Source: a virus
Taxonomy: Duplodnaviria; Caudoviricetes
Virus record (IMG/VR): IMGVR_UViG_3300020420_000671
Strand: one strand, 5' to 3'
Length of the DNA: 64,000 nt
Each line of letters starts with the position of its first letter. Position 1 is the first letter of the stretch. The position numbers and the translations under genes were made by a program. Below, one piece after another: positions 9,401 to 17,200 of this stretch. The notes under the pieces were generated by a model. That model saw only the letters and a list, made by a program, of their open reading frames with translations. It was not told where the DNA came from and made no database searches.

Positions 9401-9676
9401 AATGATTCTAACAGTAATTTTACATTTAATTTGACAAACACAAGCGGAAATGCTTACTTAAAATTTGATAACGTAAACGGTATGATTCCGCCATTTGGTA
9501 ACACAGCACAAAGACCTACAAGTCCTGAAATAGGTAATACTAGATATAACACGCAACTAGAAAGAGTAGAAACCTGGAACGGTACTAACTGGATTAATGC
9601 CGCGGGAGAAGTTGAAAGTATACTTGCTGGTGACGTTGAAGAATTAGCCTATTTATTCAACCTTATATTAGATTAA
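6446..9676 (+). CDS. Large tail-fibre/baseplate protein with a probable beta-helix domain (paralogue A1)
   Basis: IFVS.NG.D..G..P..PFATI.KAL, IYIYPG.YQE.FP, RSPYVRN motifs; two P.G.TAQRP..G..R.NT repeats; late box AATAAATA at 6413-6420. Confidence 0.65.
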   Translation: MVQVARIAGQLLQDNLQRELADLAFDTDLLVVKRDNTLGINTTTTPRNLTINGTMRAASGSSDPDVIFGNSFSVGNLTVATTGISTPSGDVSILSTHPQGYIKTNGIGSNNFAVRDDGIKALQTNGSVGIRSEVYDGQTAAWNSNGNYGNYWYPGPINSASSPPNDGTRLYDIAESIRLRGSPFTAQELEVFDWDDDGNILADDVLKTGTLNTAYGSGTAFPASRTLGDHPRPDKLKAYIESVLPRSAPKKLQLDTGSTLTVTGNVHATGNITYGGTSLTIGDDSTDTAQFFSDFHNDIVPDQDNVFHIGKDDDSTGGAKRFRINVNTLVADTVQANGLIYQGIEVSKDVGIIFVSNGNGKDTNEGNNPGGPFATITKALSVANENSIIYIYPGTYQEAFPMTVPRGVTIQGDNIKNVEIVPTSATQSNDCFKLNPDATVENLTIKDFYYDSGNDKGYAFRLVDNYNIGIINQEIGRSPYVRNCTVITKGTTTSASDPRGYASADAGRGALIDGSVALQNSRSASVLFHAVTFITPGVTGLVAKSGVRVEWLNSFTYFAETGIKLEQGSGRTAPDGSTVYGCELRSIASANVYGNKGLVADGANNLAYLINHNFAYIGAGKNVTNDNTLTIQANEVVTTNNAKAYYTTQDQRGNYRVGNNFLVDLENGRTSFDIESIFASNSTVRIKDDNGTVTLSPGQIAMDNIYIQGNTIEATRSALDFNSAGTIQFQDNVTMPSATMTGNFTIGGSLNTIGNSPTDTVDFNTPISQAFVPGDTEGQKLGTPTNRWAELNSVSANINTIRIQTGQIGTNETNADLNLQSTGTGKIKFDNVRFKSNIVDSSTGDLVIKPTTELKIDATGELRLPKGETAQRPSTQGGIRFNTNYNGFEGTSVSGSVSLQGIYDSDRDTYLDLSNNQFNFVTAGQTNHTLNGTLLESTGFSSDHKLSIDGNVVSTDQQDGTFQLKSNGTGKTVIGDLQFQESNLFNDSNSNFTFNLTNTSGNAYLKFDNVNGMIPPFGNTAQRPTSPEIGNTRYNTQLERVETWNGTNWINAAGEVESILAGDVEELAYLFNLILD

Positions 9677-9688
9677 TTACATAATTCA

Positions 9689-9813
9689 CATAAATAAGTA
9701 TAATGCAACAAAGAGCAGGCCAAGCTGTTGCAGTACAAACTGTGGTTAGCCGGCAAAGAGCAAATGCTGTAAATCGGGCTAGAGGGACAGGATCCCCGTA
9801 TTGAGGAGTAGAT
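9689..9813 (+). promoter_or_regulatory. Late-promoter box plus structured 5' leader
   Basis: CATAAATA at 9689-9696; helices TGCAACA/TGTTGCA (9704-9710/9726-9732), TAGCC/GGCTA (9747-9751/9777-9781), GGGA/TCCC; SD GAGGAG. Confidence 0.55.
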
Positions 9814-12800
9814 ATGGCAATCGGTCGTATATCCGGTCAGCTCTTGAAGTCAAATCTTACGCGAAATGGTGTAGATTTAGCTTTTGAGACAGACCTTTTA
9901 TATTTGGATGTAACAAATCGCAGGATAGGCGTAAAGACAACATCACCTCAATATCCATTAGACATTAACGGCGTTGCCCGTGTTACAGATCTAGAAATAA
10001 CTAATAATACATTCCAAGTTGGAAACATTACGCTTAATGGTTCTACAAACACTATTTCTACATCTGCTCAAGAATTTAACATTGCTACAGCTGACAATAC
10101 TATTGTAGGTAATAGAGTATTGGTAGGCGATTTAGAAATTAATAATAATCACATTGAAAATACAAATACTAATAGCGATTTGTTTATTAGAGCCAACGGT
10201 ACAGGTAATATTAATGTAATAGGTAACACTAACATTAATGGTAATTTACATGCTACAGGTAATATCTCAGCAGATGGTAATATTACATTAGGTGATGCTG
10301 ATACTGATAGCATCTTTATTAATGCTGATATTGCTAGTGATATCATGCCAGATGTTGATAACACATATGACATAGGTAAAGTAGGAAAACGTTGGGCTAC
10401 TGGTAGATTTGCTAACGTAACAACTAATACATTAACAACAAACGATTTAGATTTTGGAAGCATTGATTTGATTTCAGTGCCGGGTAATATAATATATGTA
10501 GCTACCAATGGTGGAGATACAAAAACAGGAACACACCCACAGGATCCTGTAAGAACTATTGCGAAAGCATTAACACTTGCTTCATTAGGAGATACTGTTT
10601 ACATTTATCCAGGACAATATCAAGAAGCATTTCCGTTGAATGTTCCTCTTGGTGTAACTGTTAGAGGACACAGTTTAAGATCAGTTGAAGTTTCTCCAAC
10701 AAGCGGATCACAAAGCAATGATGCTTTTTTATTACAGGGCGACTCTGCTGTAGAAGATTTAACTATTAAAGATTATTATTACAATTCAGGAAGTGATACA
10801 GGTTATGGATTTAAATTTGCTCCTAACTTTAGAGTGTATTTAAGATCTCCATACATTAGAAACGTTACTGTGATCACAAAAGGAACTACAACTTCAACAA
10901 CAGATCCAAGAGGATTCGATTCAGGTGATGCTGGAAGAGGAGCCCTATTAGACGGAAGCATAGCAAACAGTGATTCAAGAGAAGCATCTATGTTGTTTCA
11001 TGCGGTTACATTTATTACTCCTGGACAAACAGCATTAAAAATTACCAATGGTTCAAGAGTAGAATGGTTAAATTGTTTTACGTATTTTGCTGACAAGGGA
11101 ATTGAGATTGTTGACGGAACCTCTGGACTTAAAGGTGACGGTAAAACAAAAATAAAATATAGTGGATTATCAGGATCAGCACCAGGAGCAGGTAATACAA
11201 TTACACTTTATAATGCGGCTGGTACACAATTAGCAACAGCAACCATAGAATCGGTAGCAACTAATGAAGTTATTATAGACGGTAAACCAACAGGATTTAT
11301 TACTCCATTAAGTAGAGCAAAGAAAACTGTAACAGCAGTTGGAAATGCTCAAATTACAACATCTAGTCCAGTTAAGTTTGGATCTGGAATGGGTCTTTTA
11401 GATGGAACTGGTGATAGATTTAGCATTACAACATCTTCAGACTTTGGTTTTGGAACTGGTGACTTTGATGTTGAGGCTTGGATTTATATTTCAGATGATA
11501 CAGGTACAGAATCATTATTTGATTTTAGAGCAGGTAGTGATACGGATAACGGATTACATGTTTATTTTGTAGATAGAAAGCCAAAGGTGTACATAGGAAA
11601 TACAGAAATTTTAGCACCAAACGTAACTCTTACAAATACAACTTTTTATCACGTAAGTGTAACAAGAGTTGGAAATACTTTGAGCTTGTTTATTGACGGC
11701 TTACTACAACAAAACGTGGTTAATACAACTGACTTAGGCACAACCAAACCTTTAATTATAGGATCTAAGTTTGACGGAAGTTCAAGCGATTGGCAAGGTA
11801 GAGTAGATGACGTTAGAATAAGAAAAGGCACAGGTGTAAGCTCTGCTCCTGGATCAGCACCAACTGCTCCAAAGGTAGTTGACCAATATACTGTTTTAAA
11901 ATTAGACTTCAACGGTGATAATGGAAGTCAATCAATTATTGATGACGATACATTTATACAAGACATTAGATTTAATAACGGAGCAACAGCAACAGCATTT
12001 ACATTAATTGATCAATCCGACTTTGGTGGAGAAATAAGATCAATTGCTAGTGCTAGTGTATACGGAAATTACGGAATATACGGTGACGGACCAGGTGTAA
12101 TAGTATATGCTATCGGAATGAATCTAGCATACATTGGTACAGGTAAAGATGTAACAAATGATACAACACAAGTCATACAAGATAATGAAGTCACAGCGTT
12201 GAATGGTGCTAACATTTATTTTAGCACAGTTGATCACAAAGGTGACTTTAGAGTTGGAGATTTATTTAGAGTAAATCAATCAACAGGAGAAGTTACTTTT
12301 ACCAACGCAGAATTTTTATTTAACAACAACCAAGGAATAACTTTTACCGACGGAGTTAATACAACAATTATCGACGGAACTAAAGTAGAATCTGGTGCTA
12401 TAAGAATTACAGGAAACACAATATCAAGTACAAGTGGTGATATAAATTTAAATAGTTCATCTGGAACTATTAACTTATTAGACAATGTTGCTATCACAGG
12501 AAATTTAGATGTTACCGGAAATGTAAGTGTTGGTGGAAATATTACATTAGGTGATGAAGCTACTGATACAATTGATATTCAAGCTAGAATTGCTAGTGAT
12601 ATTGTTCCAAGCGTAGACAATACTTACAAATTAGGAACTAACTTATTAGCTTGGTCCGAATTAAACGTAGGAAAAGTTGTTGTTGATGATATTACAATAG
12701 ATAATGATACAATTCAATCTACAGGAAGTGATGGAAGTATAAATCTTGTTCCAAACGGATCAGGAAAAGTTGTAATTGATAATTTAAAATTTGATTCTAA

Positions 12801-13536
12801 TATTATTTCTAATGATAGTGGAGACATAGTTTTAGATCCTAGCAGTGAATCTGTACAGATTGACAGCACAGGAGCATTGGTGTTACCTAAAGGAACAACA
12901 GCTCAAAGGCCTGGATCTGCTATCACTGGTATGATAAGATACAATACAGACACGAATGTTTTTGAAGCATATGACGGACAGTGGACTGAATTAGGTGGTG
13001 TATACGATGATGACAGAGATACTTATATTACACCAGAACTAACACCTGGCGCAGATGACGATACAATACGCTTTTATGCTGGTGGATCTGTTGTAGCAGA
13101 CGTTACAGCTAATAGATTTGATGTTAAAAAATTAGAAGTAGATGACATATCTGTATCAGGAAATACGCTTCAAACCATAACAACCAATCAAAACTTGGTG
13201 TTAACAGCAAATGGCGGCGGATTTGTTTCCATAGAAAACTTTAGTTTTAACGGAAATCAGATAACTAATACTATAGACGGTGCTGTTACTACATTAAAAC
13301 AGACAGGTACTGGATATTTTAAAATTGACGGTACTGGTGGATTTGTAATACCTGTAGGCACAAACGCTAATAGACATCCAACTCCTGTAACAGGAATGAT
13401 GAGATATAACAGCGTAGCTGACAGGGTTGAAATCTACGATATAGGTGGTAACTGGGTATCAGTTGCTGGTTCAACTGGTGCTGTTTCGTTTAACGATGCG
13501 GAGGAAATAGCTATCAAACTTGCTTTGACAATTTAG
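9814..13536 (+). CDS. Large tail-fibre/baseplate protein (paralogue A2) with an inserted LamG/ConA-like domain
   Basis: Collinear with 6446-9676; about 11300-11920 reads FG.GDF.VEAWIY...HV.VTR.G..L.LFIDG...G..DDVRI, a LamG-like lectin fold. Confidence 0.7.
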   Translation: MAIGRISGQLLKSNLTRNGVDLAFETDLLYLDVTNRRIGVKTTSPQYPLDINGVARVTDLEITNNTFQVGNITLNGSTNTISTSAQEFNIATADNTIVGNRVLVGDLEINNNHIENTNTNSDLFIRANGTGNINVIGNTNINGNLHATGNISADGNITLGDADTDSIFINADIASDIMPDVDNTYDIGKVGKRWATGRFANVTTNTLTTNDLDFGSIDLISVPGNIIYVATNGGDTKTGTHPQDPVRTIAKALTLASLGDTVYIYPGQYQEAFPLNVPLGVTVRGHSLRSVEVSPTSGSQSNDAFLLQGDSAVEDLTIKDYYYNSGSDTGYGFKFAPNFRVYLRSPYIRNVTVITKGTTTSTTDPRGFDSGDAGRGALLDGSIANSDSREASMLFHAVTFITPGQTALKITNGSRVEWLNCFTYFADKGIEIVDGTSGLKGDGKTKIKYSGLSGSAPGAGNTITLYNAAGTQLATATIESVATNEVIIDGKPTGFITPLSRAKKTVTAVGNAQITTSSPVKFGSGMGLLDGTGDRFSITTSSDFGFGTGDFDVEAWIYISDDTGTESLFDFRAGSDTDNGLHVYFVDRKPKVYIGNTEILAPNVTLTNTTFYHVSVTRVGNTLSLFIDGLLQQNVVNTTDLGTTKPLIIGSKFDGSSSDWQGRVDDVRIRKGTGVSSAPGSAPTAPKVVDQYTVLKLDFNGDNGSQSIIDDDTFIQDIRFNNGATATAFTLIDQSDFGGEIRSIASASVYGNYGIYGDGPGVIVYAIGMNLAYIGTGKDVTNDTTQVIQDNEVTALNGANIYFSTVDHKGDFRVGDLFRVNQSTGEVTFTNAEFLFNNNQGITFTDGVNTTIIDGTKVESGAIRITGNTISSTSGDINLNSSSGTINLLDNVAITGNLDVTGNVSVGGNITLGDEATDTIDIQARIASDIVPSVDNTYKLGTNLLAWSELNVGKVVVDDITIDNDTIQSTGSDGSINLVPNGSGKVVIDNLKFDSNIISNDSGDIVLDPSSESVQIDSTGALVLPKGTTAQRPGSAITGMIRYNTDTNVFEAYDGQWTELGGVYDDDRDTYITPELTPGADDDTIRFYAGGSVVADVTANRFDVKKLEVDDISVSGNTLQTITTNQNLVLTANGGGFVSIENFSFNGNQITNTIDGAVTTLKQTGTGYFKIDGTGGFVIPVGTNANRHPTPVTGMMRYNSVADRVEIYDIGGNWVSVAGSTGAVSFNDAEEIAIKLALTI

Positions 13537-13547
13537 GATAAAAAAAT

Positions 13548-13877
13548 ATGGCAACAAATTTTAGAAACATAGTAGGAAAAGACATAGGAACGCAGAGAGT
13601 GGCGGTATACACAACACCTTCGGCAACTAGCACTACAATTATAGGAATGAACATAGCAAACTTAACTGATTCAATGGTAAATTGTACACTAGAGTTAGGC
13701 GACGAAGGAAGTACTATTGGTACATTAATTAGAAATATGCCAATAGCACCAAACACGGCAATGAAACCAATAGGTAAAGGTGAGAAAATTGTTATGGACG
13801 CAAACAACGTTTTATATGTAACCGCGAGTCAAACAGCATCATTAGATGTTATACTCAGCATAGTGGAGATAGTATAA
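13548..13877 (+). CDS. Small beta-rich structural protein (~110-aa family, copy 2)
   Basis: VYTTPSATSTTIIGMNIAN...GEKIVM; similar to 5547 and 24753. Confidence 0.55.
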   Translation: MATNFRNIVGKDIGTQRVAVYTTPSATSTTIIGMNIANLTDSMVNCTLELGDEGSTIGTLIRNMPIAPNTAMKPIGKGEKIVMDANNVLYVTASQTASLDVILSIVEIV

Positions 13878-14236
13878 TGGCTGATACATTTTTAGGACAA
13901 AGTATTACTGATATGGTTGCTCAAACCGATCAGAGATTCTTTTATGGATTACGAAGAACAGCAGATGGTGAACTTTTTATTGCTAAAATAGATCAACTAC
14001 AGGCAAATGATAGTTTAGTTGTAAACAATGAAGGTGATCCAACACAAAATTATGAAGATTTTGAACAAGGGCAAGATTTTTACGAAGGCAGAAACGTAAA
14101 TCATGAAATTGTTTATGAAAACTTAAATTATGAACAATTTAGATGGGATAACAGAAGTATCAATTACTACATAGATGATAGTGGTAATCTTGTTGCTAGA
14201 ATTAATGAAGGGTACACATACCCTACAGGAGTATAA
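13877..14236 (+). CDS. Conserved-type phage structural/hypothetical protein
   Basis: ORF coupled to the upstream gene (TAATG overlap); acidic, aromatic-rich (FYGLRRT.DGEL, YYIDD.GNLV.RIN). Confidence 0.5.
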   Translation: MADTFLGQSITDMVAQTDQRFFYGLRRTADGELFIAKIDQLQANDSLVVNNEGDPTQNYEDFEQGQDFYEGRNVNHEIVYENLNYEQFRWDNRSINYYIDDSGNLVARINEGYTYPTGV

Positions 14237-14259
14237 TAAATACATAAAAGGTTGAGAAA

Positions 14260-17200
14260 ATGGCAGATTTTAAGTTAAGCAGAGTTAGATTTAATTGGAA
14301 AGGTAGTTGGACCGGAGGCGGCAATTATATCGTTGACGATATGATTGAATACAATGGTTACACTTATGTGGCATTAAGAACACATATTTCCGCAGACTTT
14401 TATAATGATCTAGCAGGTACAGATAAAACTCCTGCTCAACCTAAATGGAAAAAACAATCAGAAGGTGTAAGTTGGAAAAAAGATTGGTCAACTAGCACTT
14501 TTTACTCAGTAGGAAATATTGTAAAATATGGTGCTAGTGTTTATGAATGTACAGAATCACATACATCATCATCTACTTTGGCATCAGGCACTGACGGACT
14601 TGTAGCAGATATTAACAAGTGGACACTTGTTGCTGTTTCATCAGCAGATTGGAAATACAACTGGACAATTAATACTCTTTATAGAATCAACGACCTTGTA
14701 AGATACAATGGTAAAGTTTACAAATGTACAGCTCAACACGTATCAGCCGCAACAATATTATTGGGATTAGAAGCAGACCAATCTAAATGGACTGTTTTAT
14801 CAGATTCTGATACTTGGAGAGCAACTTGGGCAATTGGAACAAGATACAAAGTAAATGATATTGTTAAGTATGGTGGTATTGTTTATAAATGTATTACAGG
14901 TCACACTTCAGCAGACAACACAACATTAGGACTAGAAGAAGATCAATCTAAATGGGAAATACAAATTTCCGGAATAGAATATATTGTTAATACCGATGCT
15001 AACACAGGATTGATATCAGGAGAATGGGTAGGCGGAACTCGTTATAAAGTAAATGATATTGTAAAGCGTGGCGGCAACATAATGAGATGTATTGTTGGTC
15101 ATACAGCAACAGCCGGTGACGCTGGATTCAACACAGACTATGGAACAGGCAAATGGACAACCTACTTACCGGGTACAACATATGACAATATTTGGGACAA
15201 CGGTGTATATTATCAAAAAGGAGATTTGGTATTATACGGTGGTTACATTTATAAAGCGGTTACTTTCAACACAGGCAAAGAACCAAGTCAATACGGATCA
15301 GATTGGAATTTAACATTTGAAGGATATAAATTTAGAGGTGATTGGAACAACGCAGGATCAGCAGATAGTGCGGATGTAAACTATAAAACTGGAGACATTG
15401 TAAGACTAACAGGAAACTTATATATTGCTATCCAAGATAGCACAAACTTACAACCAGATCAGTGGCCAACTTATTGGGAACACCTAGTAGACGGCAGAGC
15501 ATTTAGAAACTTCTGGGAAGATAACACAGAATATTACAAAGGTGATATAGTGACTTGGGCAGGTACTGCTTATGTAGCTTTAGTATATCATCGTTCAACT
15601 GAATCAGCATCAAGACCAGACTTAGATGTAGAACAACCAGATCAAAATTACTGGAAGTTAATGATTCTAGGAAATAGAACTAACAAACTTGCTAGAAAAG
15701 GTGATTTAAAAACCTTTGAAGACCAAGACTCAACTGCTATTGATACACAAAGATTAGCAATAGGACAGGATGGTGCGGCATTAATATCAACCGGTACAAT
15801 GCCAGCTTGGGATTTAATTGATTTAGCAGACAAAGTGTATTATGTTTCACTAGACGGAATAGATGATCCAGATAGAGGAGGCACTCTTAATGCTCCATTT
15901 AGAACAGTAAGATATGCCACACAATATCTATTCCAAGATGAAGTAAACAGAGTAGGTATTGGAGCAACTATTTTTGTAACAGCAGGAGATTATAAAGAAA
16001 TACTTCCAATAAGTTTACCAGCAAAGGTAGCATTGGTTGGAGCAGAACTGAGATCCACAAGTATTAGTCCTGCTATTAACGGAACAGATGTTGTACTTGG
16101 TCCAAGAAATGCCGCAGGAATACAAGAAGCTTTAACAATTCCTTCATTGAACGAAAGAAATAATATGTTCTATGTAAGAAACAGTTGTGGCATAAGAAGA
16201 CTTACTCTAAGAGGATTGACTGGAGTATTAAGTGTAGCAAACGCTTATGGTACAAAAAGACCAAGTGGTGGAGCATTTGTATCACTAGATCCAGGTACTG
16301 GTACATCTGATACTGATGTTTGGATTGCTAGTAAGGCAAAAGCGTATTATACACCTTCAACTGCTTCTTATAATCCAGCAGACGGTGTGTTTACAATGAC
16401 TTTACCTACACAACAGTATACGGTAACTGATGCTACATATGATCCTAAGTCAGGAGTAATGGTAGCTACAATAGGTAATCATACACTAGACGTTGGAGAA
16501 ACAATTAGAATTGCGACAGAAAGCGTATCGTTTACGTGTTCAAAAGACAATTATAATTCAGTCCATGCTTATCCAAGAATAAGTGATCCGGCGGCAGGTA
16601 CAGATATAAGAATATTTGATAAATCTGCTACAACTATTTCAGTAAATGTTGGTAAGAGTAAAGATAACGATCAATATACCCATAAATTTTCAAGTGCTAC
16701 TAACAACGGTATAACTTGGAATCATAATTTAAAAGTTGGTAATTCAATAGCGATTGCCGGCAATGCTTTTACATTTACTTGTACAATGGACGGAAACACA
16801 GCACAGAAGACATATCCAAGAACAACAGATCCTGCTTACAATCAAAAATTAGCAATTACAGCAGTAACTACTGAAACCTTTACAGTTAATGTAGGAAAAT
16901 CAAGTGCTAGTGATCAATATGCTCATACTTTTGTTTCAGTAACACCTGAATCAGTGAGCTTTGAAAGAATATCAGCAGGACGTTCACCATATATCCAAGG
17001 TGTAACAACAATAGGTGATAATTGTATTGGAATGAAAATTGATGGAGCATTACACAACGGCGGAAATAGATCAATCGTTGCTAATGACTTTACACAAGTT
17101 TTATCAGACGGTATAGGTTACTGGGCAACAAACTTAGGACGTTCAGAACTTGTATCGGTGTTTACATACTACGCTCACATAGGATACCTAGCTGAAAACG

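Noticed and set aside
16330-16977. Insertions in fibre and sheath genes as inteins or introns
   Set aside because: No Cys/Ser...His-Asn splice ends, no homing-endonuclease motifs and no frame breaks.
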